Shown here in pieces: positions 50,023 through 59,321 of a DNA stretch of 64,000 nt (the first letter of the stretch is position 1; every line of letters starts with the position of its first letter). A program made the translations under genes and the position numbers. This DNA comes from a virus. The stretch is taken from positions 1 to 64,000 of IMG/VR virus record IMGVR_UViG_3300029908_000017; one strand, 5' to 3'. The notes below the pieces were generated by a model. It ran no database searches, was not told the origin of the DNA, and saw only the letters and a list, made by a program, of their open reading frames with translations.

Positions 50023-50436
50023 TCATACGTTTACTTTAATAAATTCATCAGGGTTAATATACTTTTCAAAGGAATAAATATCACCTTTTCTAGAAGGCGA
50101 CCAGAAATAACCCAAATTATGCCAAATAGCTACGTCGTGAAAAGCCTCATCAAATACCGAGAATCCATTTCCTTTAAAAAATGCGGGCAGTCGTCTTACA
50201 CATTTATCAGAAGAAACAACATAAAAATATTCAGGTAGCTCATCTAATGTGATAAAACGCTTTTCTTTTGTTTTTTCCACTTTGATACGGTAATCATAAT
50301 ATGACCAATTCCATAACATTAAAGCAGTACTAGACCTAGACCAGCTACTCTCCTTTGTAAGTATATCTATGTATTCAATAATTTTTCCATCCAACGCTGC
50401 TTGCATTACTTCAATTTTTTCTTTTAACGTTTTCAT
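50023..50436 (-). CDS. Hypothetical protein, paralog of 26491..26916
   Basis: IEVMQAALDGKIIE...WNW...YRIK...WSP. Confidence 0.7.
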   Translation of the reverse strand: MKTLKEKIEVMQAALDGKIIEYIDILTKESSWSRSSTALMLWNWSYYDYRIKVEKTKEKRFITLDELPEYFYVVSSDKCVRRLPAFFKGNGFSVFDEAFHDVAIWHNLGYFWSPSRKGDIYSFEKYINPDEFIKVNV

Positions 50437-50900
50437 ACTAATTCGAAATCCTTTATGGATTGTGTAACTGCTTGGTTATAATAAGGATAGTAAACAGTTA
50501 TTTCGTGGTTATTCATATCCACGTCTTCTACTATTCCTTCCTGCCCATAATAATTATTAAAATCTAAATCTTTAAATAAATATTTTTGGGAATTAATTAC
50601 TCGATCCCCCTTCTTTATTCGGGGGTATCGCGTTCTGGATCGTTTCATCAATTGGGATTTCTGGATCGGGTAACAAGGTCAATGACTTTAACGCTGAAGG
50701 TTGGAAGGTTGTGGTTGGAGCCAGTTTTGGCTTTTTAATTTTTGGTGTATAATATTTTAATGTTTTTGAGTTCATGATTTAAGTATGAGTTGTGATTCTC
50801 TAATTTTATTATTCTCTTTAATAATACTTCGGTCGATTAAACTTTTTTTAACATGCGTGGCGTGCTTTAACGGTTGTCAGTTAGCTAAACTCCAACATTC

Positions 50901-50929
50901 TTTACAATTCATAACTGTTATCATAGTAT
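50901..50929 (+). promoter_or_regulatory. sigma70-like promoter of terminase, near-leaderless
   Basis: TTTACA-N17-TAGTAT-N9-ATG(50939). Confidence 0.55.
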
Positions 50930-50938
50930 GTAACGTAC

Positions 50939-52654
50939 ATGGAATTTTCGTTAGATCAAATTAAAAGCTTTCTGGATAGCTCAAATACTGCTACGAGATT
51001 TGCAGCTAAACAACTTTTATTTCACAAACTTCCTGTTTCTTTTTTTGTAGAAAACTATTTATATGATAATGAAAACAGGCAGCAAAGTTTAGAATTGTTC
51101 CCAATGTTTCGGTCTTTGTACGATAACATACCAGATAGATTAATTTTAAAATGCAGTAGAAAAACTTTAAAAAGCAGTTGTTTAAGCAATATATTATGTA
51201 TCAATATGATACGTAATAATAACTACCGTCAGTTATATTGTGGTAATTTAGATTCTACCGCTAAAGCGTTTAGTAATAATTATTTTGTACCGAGATTCAA
51301 CTCTCCTAAAATTAAGCAGTTAGTTCCTAAAGGATTCATTAAAGAGGATGTTTATGAAAAAATATTAGAAGCCACAAATTCTTCTATTTTATTCAGATTC
51401 TTCTCCGAAGATGCATCTCGTATACGCGGGCCATCTACGTTTGAAAATGCATATGACGAAACACAGGAGATGGCATTAGAACAAATAGATATTGCTAACG
51501 AAACGATGTCTATTTTACCTACTAAACGAGAACGTTATGCGGGTACTCCATTATCGACTTCTAATACTCTACATATTTTGTGGAAACGTTCTAATCAATC
51601 AGAATGGATGACAAAATGTGGTTGTGGGCATTGGAATTGGTTAGGTGAAGGTAATGACCCATTATCAATGTTACAAGAAAAAGGTTATTGTTGTTCTAAA
51701 TGTAGTAGAATATTAAATACTTTGAATGGTGAATGGGTAGCCTTTAATCCTTCTGAAAAGGAGTTTATAGGGTTTCATCTCGCTCAACCAATGCTTCCAT
51801 ACTTTGCGCAAGACGAACGACAATGGAAAAAAATATATCATAAAGTACAGACATTAAACGAAATGACATTGTTTAATGAGGTACTGGGACTTGCTTACAA
51901 TGCTGCGAGTACTAGACCTATTACTTTAGAAGAATTACAAGGGGCGTGCGTTTTAGGGCCAATGTACCATAGTGAAGATAAGAATAGACTTATCATTTTA
52001 GAAAACAATAAGCGCAGTTATTTTTCCCACCACAATGGTACCGATTGGGGAGTGAATATGAAAACCAGTAGAACGGTTACTGTGCAAGGAGCTATGACGC
52101 CTAATGGAGTATTTCATATATATTACATGAAGCAGTTTAAGAACTACGAATATCAACAACATATTCAAGAAATTGCAAGCATGGCTACCTCAGTGAATGC
52201 AAAATGCGCTTGTGATAGTGGTCCAGACGCAGCTAGAGGAGTATTATTAGCTGAAATGGTAGGTGGTCCTACTAAATGTAATCTTGTCAGATACGAACAT
52301 GGAAAGTTAATACAACACTATGATTGGATACCAGGGACTCCCTGGCAAACCGGAAGGTGGTGTTTGCACCGATCAGATGTACTAGGTTGGTGCTTACGAA
52401 TGATCAAACAAAAAAAGATTCTATTCCCAAGATGGGAAGATGTTTCGGGTTATATGCAGGATATACTAAATGTATTTACTGAGATACATGAAGGTACATG
52501 CAGGCAAGAAATATTCTATCGTCATTTACCTGACGAACCTGATGATTTCCTTCATGCCATCACTTTTGCTGCTGCTTCCGCTTTCTGTGAAGTAGGTGGA
52601 AGCGAACTCACAGGAGCATCGTCATCTGCGAGCAGTGGGACTATAATTTATTAA
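50939..52654 (+). CDS. Terminase large subunit (GpA-like)
   Basis: K-x-SRK-x-x-KS Walker A, IRG, YDETQ Walker B, GTP, Cys cluster, GFH-x-x-Q, GTDWG nuclease and PDD-x-x-HA. Confidence 0.85.
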   Translation: MEFSLDQIKSFLDSSNTATRFAAKQLLFHKLPVSFFVENYLYDNENRQQSLELFPMFRSLYDNIPDRLILKCSRKTLKSSCLSNILCINMIRNNNYRQLYCGNLDSTAKAFSNNYFVPRFNSPKIKQLVPKGFIKEDVYEKILEATNSSILFRFFSEDASRIRGPSTFENAYDETQEMALEQIDIANETMSILPTKRERYAGTPLSTSNTLHILWKRSNQSEWMTKCGCGHWNWLGEGNDPLSMLQEKGYCCSKCSRILNTLNGEWVAFNPSEKEFIGFHLAQPMLPYFAQDERQWKKIYHKVQTLNEMTLFNEVLGLAYNAASTRPITLEELQGACVLGPMYHSEDKNRLIILENNKRSYFSHHNGTDWGVNMKTSRTVTVQGAMTPNGVFHIYYMKQFKNYEYQQHIQEIASMATSVNAKCACDSGPDAARGVLLAEMVGGPTKCNLVRYEHGKLIQHYDWIPGTPWQTGRWCLHRSDVLGWCLRMIKQKKILFPRWEDVSGYMQDILNVFTEIHEGTCRQEIFYRHLPDEPDDFLHAITFAAASAFCEVGGSELTGASSSASSGTIIY

Positions 52655-52657
52655 TCA

Positions 52658-52963
52658 TTATTTATTCTCCAATACTGTTAACCATGCAGAAGTATGGCCA
52701 TACTTCTTACCATGTTTCAACATCCAGTTAATTAGACTATCTGCGTTACCATTAGCCCTTGTAGCAACCCAACTAGTCAGCACATGAGAGGAATTACAAT
52801 CTTTAGGAATATAATAAGTACTTCCCCAGCTATAATTTTCAATCTTTTCACTCCAATCATAGAAAACTGTCGCAACAAATGGAATATCATGTTCTTTGCA
52901 TTTGTTAACAGCTTCTAATAATAAAGGAGCAATTTCCTTATCGTATATCTCTTCTTTACTCAT
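52658..52963 (-). CDS. Hypothetical phage protein
   Basis: KE-x-IYD-x-EIAPL...C-x-EH-x-IPF pattern. Confidence 0.65.
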   Translation of the reverse strand: MSKEEIYDKEIAPLLLEAVNKCKEHDIPFVATVFYDWSEKIENYSWGSTYYIPKDCNSSHVLTSWVATRANGNADSLINWMLKHGKKYGHTSAWLTVLENK

Positions 52964-53097
52964 AATCTAAATGCAATCTTTGTGAGTATTATTAATACTC
53001 CGATGATTTCTAACCCTGCAATAGCCAGTAATGTATAAATTGTGATTATTTTACTTTTTGATAATTTTCGTTTTCTCATAATTTTATTAACTAATGA

Positions 53098-53121
53098 CTG
53101 GCGACTATTTATAATCGCCAG
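53098..53121 (-). terminator. Hairpin downstream of 3D-domain gene
   Basis: Minus strand ctggcgattat-aa-atagtcgccag; no strong U tract. Confidence 0.4.
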
Positions 53122-53135
53122 AGAATTAATCAATG

Positions 53136-53609
53136 TTAATTACATGCTAATTCTATCTGAGTACTTCGGATACTGTGTTCGTTGATTCGTTTACTTGAAT
53201 AACAGGCAAACGGCTTATATTTGTTTAGTATTGTATACATTTCTTTGTTATCAGTTTTTTGTTTTACGGTTTTTACTTCTTTGTACTTTACGCCGAATTC
53301 ACGCACAGCCTTCATTGACGATACGTAAATATCGTAACGATTTGGTCCTTTGATTTTACTGCCGCAATCGGAAACAATAAATACACCCATATCTTGAATA
53401 TATATCTTTTCTCCCAATTGGTGATACCGTAAATCAGCCGCACATTGACCTACTTCTAATCGTTGACTCTGGCAATTTAAGGCTCCATATGGTTGACTGT
53501 CCCTTTCATTTTCGTTGTAAGCAGTCAGTTTGGCAATTTCGCCAAACGAAGATACTGCTGTGATTAATAATAATACACTCGCTATCGCGAATGTTTTCAA
53601 CTTTCCCAT
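53136..53609 (-). CDS. Secreted 3D-domain (MltA-like) peptidoglycan hydrolase
   Basis: Signal peptide, TAY, AAD and D-x-G-x-x-IKG-x-x-R-x-DIY. Confidence 0.8.
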   Translation of the reverse strand: MGKLKTFAIASVLLLITAVSSFGEIAKLTAYNENERDSQPYGALNCQSQRLEVGQCAADLRYHQLGEKIYIQDMGVFIVSDCGSKIKGPNRYDIYVSSMKAVREFGVKYKEVKTVKQKTDNKEMYTILNKYKPFACYSSKRINEHSIRSTQIELACN

Positions 53610-53624
53610 TTTGTCTCCTTTGTT

Positions 53625-54173
53625 TTAGGGTTCCATTTTACCAACATATTCGATCACATAATTGATATGATAATCGAATAATTCCTGTAAAGCTTGATTC
53701 TTGTCCGTGTCATCCGAAGGATTACATTTTGGTAGAATCGCCGAAGAAAACAATTCGGGAGCTTTACTAAAACCAAAATCATAGAAAATTTTACCAACGT
53801 ATAAATTAATATCGGATGAAAACTCTAGAGCTTCATGTCTTATTAAATAATATTCAGCCAAAGATTTGATAATTTCTTCTATCTGTAAAGGAGAAACTAT
53901 ATCACCATCGGCAGGAACATTAGAAAGAATATGCCCACATGTCTCGTAGACATTCCAATTCGTCGCGAAATTATTAGATGTTAATACTTCTATCGCTGCA
54001 TTTAATTTATCGACTTGTAAATCTTCCAAGGTTATAGCGTAATCCCGTTCAATTTCATCCCTAATCAATTGGTTGTCCCATTCCAAAGCTTCGGGGCCGT
54101 AATTACGTAGAAAAGCTATTAACAACGCAATTGGAGGAGCATTGATATCTGTATATATTTGAGCAGTAAGCAT
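53625..54173 (-). CDS. Conserved phage protein, probably virion-associated
   Basis: YGPEALEWD...DKL-x-AA pattern; has its own promoter. Confidence 0.5.
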   Translation of the reverse strand: MLTAQIYTDINAPPIALLIAFLRNYGPEALEWDNQLIRDEIERDYAITLEDLQVDKLNAAIEVLTSNNFATNWNVYETCGHILSNVPADGDIVSPLQIEEIIKSLAEYYLIRHEALEFSSDINLYVGKIFYDFGFSKAPELFSSAILPKCNPSDDTDKNQALQELFDYHINYVIEYVGKMEP

Positions 54174-54179
54174 TAATTA

Positions 54180-54208
54180 ATTTTAGTTATTAAAATGATG
54201 ATTGTCTA
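54180..54208 (-). promoter_or_regulatory. sigma70-like promoter, near-leaderless
   Basis: TAGACA-N17-TAAAAT-N6-ATG(54173). Confidence 0.65.
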
Positions 54209-54463
54209 GTTTACTGTTGATTCATTCAAACTAAGACCACTAGGCAAATCAGGTAACTCTCTCCAATATATAGGATCTTCTCCTGAGTCCGTATAACGGG
54301 TGTTATCAGGTGTCACCCATCCTTTATAAGATGGATCACATTGACCTGTCATAAATTCAAATGGAGTGGAGTAATGTCCACTATCACGCACGGTTAGAAC
54401 CCATTTTTTAAGGTCAGGTAATTTTACTTTAACGCTTATCCACCCGTATTGAATGTCAGTCAT
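54206..54463 (-). CDS. DUF551-like protein
   Basis: WISVK-x-x-LP...VL...YW-x-x-LP. Confidence 0.7.
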   Translation of the reverse strand: MTDIQYGWISVKVKLPDLKKWVLTVRDSGHYSTPFEFMTGQCDPSYKGWVTPDNTRYTDSGEDPIYWRELPDLPSGLSLNESTVN

Positions 54464-55153
54464 TTACACTTCTCCTCTTCCATCAGCCCTTCGCCTTCGG
54501 TGATGGTAATTTCCTTAACGGCGGTTACTTTATAACCAGGAAATGAAAATTTCAAAGCTTCTTCTCGTGAAGCATATGGTCCGTGGATTTCAATATTTCC
54601 TAATCCCCTACCAATAATCTCGATAATCCAACAAGTTCGCTTCACCGGCTCTTTTTTGAGTAGAAATAAATCTAACGTGCTTTCAACATTCTTCCAAAGA
54701 ATCCCTTCCTCAGATACAAACTTGGGCGAGATTTCATTTTCAGGTAAAAAAACAACACGAAAATATTCTAGGGCTTTAGTAAAATGTGCCATTTGCATGA
54801 CCTTCCCTCCATCTCTAGTCCTCACCCATTCAGGATGTTTGAGGACTTCTTCAAGTGGCTCGTCTGTGAAGGGGCGCAGACCGTATGGTATATCTTTTAA
54901 TTTATTTTTGTTCATATCAATTCTCGTCTTCAATTCCTAATAAAGCACGTACAACTTCTTCATGTTCTCCCCAATTATCGAAACGCTCATGACCCATGCA
55001 ATTATCTCCTGAATCTCTTTGAGGGGCTATTCCCGATCCCTTGCATACACAGCATTTCCGAGTTTTCCATTTTCCTCCACAGGTTGGACAAAGTTTGCTG
55101 CTCATTGAGGTGGAGTAACCGGAGCTATTTTCTTCGTTCATAGTTATAACCAT
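54460..55153 (-). CDS. Two hypothetical ORFs (54460..54933; 54917..55153 with CxxCxG motifs)
   Basis: Coupled ORFs. Confidence 0.55.
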
Positions 55154-55557
55154 TCCTGAAATTGGCTCTGCATATTTGAATAAAACAATTTTTTAAACCC
55201 TAACTTTTGTAATAATGAAGCACAACCTGAACACGGCTTACTATTATTCAACTTTCCATTTCGATCAATACGAATATTTACAAAAGTAATATCCGAACAA
55301 TCTTCTCTACCATATTTTAATACACACGACATTTCACTATGCGTACCAGTGGTGTTACCAATATGTACATTTTGACGGTTTACATACCTATATTTTAAGT
55401 TCTTAGTATTAGTTTTTGAAGAGTTGACTCCAATCGAAACAACTCTGTTTTTTCGTAACATGAATGTTACATGGTGATTCCGAATATCTTCTCTAGGATT
55501 TGGAGCCAACGCCCTGGCGATTTCCACAAGTTTATTAAATTTCGAGTGCCCGTTCAT
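55144..55557 (-). CDS. Zn-dependent cytidine/dCMP deaminase-fold protein
   Basis: HSE and SKPCSGC motifs. Confidence 0.8.
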   Translation of the reverse strand: MNGHSKFNKLVEIARALAPNPREDIRNHHVTFMLRKNRVVSIGVNSSKTNTKNLKYRYVNRQNVHIGNTTGTHSEMSCVLKYGREDCSDITFVNIRIDRNGKLNNSKPCSGCASLLQKLGFKKLFYSNMQSQFQEWL

Positions 55558-55876
55558 CTTTTAGATATATATTTTTATCGGTTTTTATAGGTATAGAATT
55601 TTCAGCTTGTTCAGGAATTTCTTGTAATGTAGACATTAACTTTTTATAAATACTGGCAACCTGCTTTTGAGTAAGTCCCAGACTTACCGAATCGGCTATA
55701 TTCGCTCGACTAAATGCACCAAAATTAGAATATTGGCGTAAATTGCTGGCTAACCCTGTCCCTGTGTATGCAATGGTTGTTTGATCTTTATCTAACCCTT
55801 GGTCTGCCCCAATAAATAAAGGATCATCATCAAAATATTGATTCCCTCTTACTCCAATGGGGTAGGAGATGGTCAT
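55535..55876 (-). CDS. Hypothetical protein ending IYLKDERALEI
   Basis: ORF track; shared C-terminal tag. Confidence 0.75.
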   Translation of the reverse strand: MTISYPIGVRGNQYFDDDPLFIGADQGLDKDQTTIAYTGTGLASNLRQYSNFGAFSRANIADSVSLGLTQKQVASIYKKLMSTLQEIPEQAENSIPIKTDKNIYLKDERALEI

Positions 55877-56325
55877 ATTTCCAAGTCCCTTTCATACTTT
55901 AAATACAACGACTTATCTACTTTTTTTGTAATAGTTTTTACATTAATAGCAGTAGGTAACGAAGGAGAAACATTAAGAGAAGTTATAGGAGATGTATTCT
56001 CCGAAGTATTATGACCCAATAAACGCAAAAAATTATTGTCCATAGTGGCACGTATTTGATCTGAATATGCATTTCCAATAATCCGTTGTGCCTCAACATT
56101 GGCTAATGCCAACTGATTGATTATAGATATACGCTCTCCATATTCTCGATCAATTACTTCAAGATCATTGCTTGAAAATTGTGATCTCGCGTAGTCTATT
56201 AAATCTGGCTGATTTTCTCGATAATCGTCGTTATAAAGAAAATCACGTAACGTAGATTTCGGTACATGAACAAGCTTCGTACCTTTAAACGGTTTTACCG
56301 GGCATCTAGAAAGACCTGTTAGCAT
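55873..56325 (-). CDS. Hypothetical protein ending LYLKYERDLEI
   Basis: ORF track; shared C-terminal tag. Confidence 0.75.
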   Translation of the reverse strand: MLTGLSRCPVKPFKGTKLVHVPKSTLRDFLYNDDYRENQPDLIDYARSQFSSNDLEVIDREYGERISIINQLALANVEAQRIIGNAYSDQIRATMDNNFLRLLGHNTSENTSPITSLNVSPSLPTAINVKTITKKVDKSLYLKYERDLEI

Positions 56326-56331
56326 CTTTCC

Positions 56332-56359
56332 AATCTACTCCATGTAACTATATCGTCAA
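56332..56359 (-). promoter_or_regulatory. sigma70-like promoter, near-leaderless
   Basis: TTGACG-N16-TAGATT-GGAAAG-ATG(56325). Confidence 0.65.
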
Positions 56360-57406
56360 CTAGTTTATTGGTTGTAAACCAGACAATTCTTTGAACAACG
56401 CAACATCAGAATAAGGCATTGTTGGAAGTACCTCAACCAGACTATATTTATCGTTGTTATCTACATCAATACCAAACGCCTGTTTATATATTTCAGGTTT
56501 AATATTTTGTAAATCATTTAAGCTATAATATTCATTACCTAACTTTACAGAATTCAATTCATCTGCAACTTTTTCAATAGATAAACTGAAGATACGGTCA
56601 ACGGGATCACCATAACGAGCAGCAGTTTTAACGTTATCATAAACACCTTCTTGTCGTTCCATCCAATAGCAGACTTCTGCAATTTTCATGAAATCTTCAA
56701 TAGACTCCAAGCCCTCTACACTCTCAGCAAGTTTTGCATATACGTCTTTATTAACTGCTTCTTTTGAATAATGTGCACGAGCGAATAACTCATTTTTTAC
56801 TTCTCCAACAGACGGATAAAATAAGCCTGCATATTTACAAACGATATCAGGTAGTTCTTCCAATCCTGCTTCCTTAGCATGACTAACGAAACTTTCACAA
56901 ATATCCTTACGCCATTCAAAAGGTATATTACGGTAATCTTTAGCAAATTGCTCAGAAGCTAATTTCAACTCTTCCGCTGTTTTATAAGTAAATAAAGGCA
57001 GATTAGTGCCATTTAATTCTGCTTCATAAACAACCTTTTCAGAATAATCGTTAGCCTCTTTAGTATTAAGCGATTGATTATAAGCTTTGATGTCTTCGGT
57101 AATACCGAATAGTTCAGCTGATTTATTTAACCTATCCGATACTTCGGAGATATATGATTTATTATATTTTTTCTCTAATTCAGCTTTTTTATTAACAAAA
57201 TGGACATTACTTAAATACGTAGCTTCTTTTGTGTGCTTTGGAAAAGCCCGATTATACTGATCGGCAAATGCTTCTTTCGGTAATGAAGTATAATCTGTTT
57301 TGTCCGAATATTCCTTTACATACTCAGGTATGACCGAAGCTTTTTTTAGAAATTTATGGAGTTCTCTAAAGGAATAATCGGTAGTTTGATCGAAAGATAA
57401 TTTCAT
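56360..57406 (-). CDS. KxA-motif-rich protein, putative internal head protein
   Basis: 16 K-x-A tripeptides in 348 aa. Confidence 0.5.
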   Translation of the reverse strand: MKLSFDQTTDYSFRELHKFLKKASVIPEYVKEYSDKTDYTSLPKEAFADQYNRAFPKHTKEATYLSNVHFVNKKAELEKKYNKSYISEVSDRLNKSAELFGITEDIKAYNQSLNTKEANDYSEKVVYEAELNGTNLPLFTYKTAEELKLASEQFAKDYRNIPFEWRKDICESFVSHAKEAGLEELPDIVCKYAGLFYPSVGEVKNELFARAHYSKEAVNKDVYAKLAESVEGLESIEDFMKIAEVCYWMERQEGVYDNVKTAARYGDPVDRIFSLSIEKVADELNSVKLGNEYYSLNDLQNIKPEIYKQAFGIDVDNNDKYSLVEVLPTMPYSDVALFKELSGLQPIN

Positions 57407-57411
57407 TTTTA

Positions 57412-57439
57412 TTGCAATTTATTGAAGCTAAAGTAAGTT
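57412..57439 (+). promoter_or_regulatory. sigma70-like promoter, near-leaderless
   Basis: TTGCAA-N16-TAAGTT-N6-ATG(57446). Confidence 0.5.
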
Positions 57440-57445
57440 ATCGGT

Positions 57446-58747
57446 ATGTCTCTTAATCTAAATGATTTTAATACGAAAGTCAATCTCTCGAAAATCGTGG
57501 AAAAGGTTGCAGAACCAAATACATATTTCATAAAATCGGTTTTTCCATTTGGCGAATTTGCCTGTAACCATGACTTTAGTAACGTTTTTAATGTTTTCGA
57601 TTTAATGGGTACGATTTATAACCCTGAACAACTATATACGCAGATCATCAATAATTGGCCTCAAGTATTGAGACAACCGATTGTTTGGCGTGAGTATTCC
57701 AGAGATAAAATTCATAAAGAATGTATTCTTCAGCAGAGTTGGGCAAATATCGTCATGGAGGCTCAAAAAGAAATAATTAATCATACTTACGTAATTCGTA
57801 AAGAAATAACTACAATTGCCAAACAATTTGAAGAAATGGGTTACTTTGGAGCAGTGATTAATGGAATGGGTCATATATCTCAAGATGTAATCAATAAACA
57901 TTCTGAGATAGCGTGGAATAATACAATCATTAATAACTATCGTTATCCCGTTATTGTACCTTACTACCATACACCTAATAAAACGCATATATCATATATT
58001 GAAGTATTTGATGCGCTGGATTCTAAATTAACTCGAAAAAAGATATATGCCCCCAACTACCACGGGTTTACTGGAAAATTAACGAATGTCCTTCCTGACT
58101 TTACGGCCTTAATGCATCGAGAAGGATGTTTATGGGATTACACACTAGATTACTGGAACAACACTCCTTTACTAATCGATAATGAATGTGGTATCGGTAC
58201 ATTACTAACTATTTTCAAAACCAATAAGACTACAAAATTTATTATTGACCCATTATCGATTATTAAAGAACGTAATCTATCTTCACAAATTTACGAAAAT
58301 CTACACATGCTTAGTCGAGAAGATATAACAATCATTCAAAATAAGTTGAATTTACAGGATATATATGACGATTGGTTAAAAATTCAGAATTATCAATATC
58401 TAGATGGAAGAACGATGTACTTCAAAAGTCCCGAAGGTTATTTTATGTCTAAATATGGAGAAGATAAGATTTATTTAACTAATTTTAGTCTAACTCGTAA
58501 AGGGCAAGAACTTCGAGAAGTGGGTAAACGTAAAATTGTGTTCTTTATTATCGAGGCTACTATGCATGATAAATCGATTATATTAGAAGTACCTGAACAT
58601 GTAATTAATTCCAAATCACGATTAAAATTATTTTTGATCAAGGAGTTTCATCGGCAGAATATGAATCCTCCTCGTTATTACAAAAGAATAACGGCAAACT
58701 TATTGGAAAACTTTATTTTCGACTGGTTTGAGTGTCAAAATGCTTAA
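57446..58747 (+). CDS. Hypothetical protein
   Basis: Isolated 433-aa plus-strand ORF; no catalytic motif recognised. Confidence 0.75.
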   Translation: MSLNLNDFNTKVNLSKIVEKVAEPNTYFIKSVFPFGEFACNHDFSNVFNVFDLMGTIYNPEQLYTQIINNWPQVLRQPIVWREYSRDKIHKECILQQSWANIVMEAQKEIINHTYVIRKEITTIAKQFEEMGYFGAVINGMGHISQDVINKHSEIAWNNTIINNYRYPVIVPYYHTPNKTHISYIEVFDALDSKLTRKKIYAPNYHGFTGKLTNVLPDFTALMHREGCLWDYTLDYWNNTPLLIDNECGIGTLLTIFKTNKTTKFIIDPLSIIKERNLSSQIYENLHMLSREDITIIQNKLNLQDIYDDWLKIQNYQYLDGRTMYFKSPEGYFMSKYGEDKIYLTNFSLTRKGQELREVGKRKIVFFIIEATMHDKSIILEVPEHVINSKSRLKLFLIKEFHRQNMNPPRYYKRITANLLENFIFDWFECQNA

Positions 58748-58949
58748 AGTATATCGGTTCGAACTCTTCATCCCATTCAGCATATACCACATCATGAATG
58801 GTAATAACTAAAATATTGCCAACTTTATAAAGCACATATCTGCCTTTTGTAGTATCAGTAGAACTTACGAGTTCTACTTCGGGTACTTTTAAATTCATGA
58901 CCAACCGCTGTAACTGTTTATTTACTATATTTCGTTGTTTGATTTGCAT
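58713..58949 (-). CDS. Hypothetical protein (start revised to ATG 58949)
   Basis: The track's TTG start lies inside the terminator hairpin. Confidence 0.55.
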   Translation of the reverse strand: MQIKQRNIVNKQLQRLVMNLKVPEVELVSSTDTTKGRYVLYKVGNILVITIHDVVYAEWDEEFEPIYFKHFDTQTSRK

Positions 58950-58962
58950 ATTTTTATAAATT

Positions 58963-59005
58963 AAAAAACACACACTCGCCAAGGATCGAGAAGTCGAGTG
59001 TGTGT
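58963..59005 (-). terminator. Intrinsic terminator closing the structured RNA
   Basis: acacacactcg-N16-cgagtgtgtgt followed by a U run. Confidence 0.8.
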
Positions 59006-59271
59006 AAAACTGAATATTCGTATCCGAATACCCATGTTTTAAGTTTACTTACAAAAGTGGTTCTCGTGTTGCATCAAGTCTACGCTCCGTTAACACACGG
59101 TCTACTTGATGCAGAAGGTCTATACGACCATCACGAGGCGCAATAGAGTCCAGGAATATTGCGCTAAACTCTCTTACCTGAGAGAACAGGTTTTGTTTAT
59201 CGAGGTAACGATAAGGTTGTAACTGTTTTTTTATTGTAACGATTCAGGACAGATAATCCCTCTTCGTTACA
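58963..59271 (-). ncRNA. Candidate ~310-nt structured non-coding RNA (family unknown)
   Basis: No convincing ORF; at least nine helices; bounded by a C-box promoter and a terminator; G-U pairs fix the minus strand. Confidence 0.75.
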
Positions 59272-59275
59272 TATT

Positions 59276-59312
59276 ACTATACCAAATTATATCCGAATAT
59301 TCGGAGGGGGGT
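59276..59312 (-). promoter_or_regulatory. C-box/extended -10 promoter copy 4
   Basis: ACCCCC-N23-GGTATAGT; palindrome tccgaatattcgga in the spacer. Confidence 0.75.
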
Positions 59313-59321
59313 GGGGTGAGC

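Noticed and set aside
50776-50912. Possible TGA read-through ORF or structured leader at the head of the long minus-strand block
   Set aside because: Only short weak stems and a non-descript peptide; not supportable from sequence alone.
58963-59271. tmRNA, retron msr-msd or hammerhead ribozyme
   Set aside because: No tRNA-like acceptor/T arm or Ala-ending tag frame, no adjacent RT, and no CUGAnGA/GAAA core.
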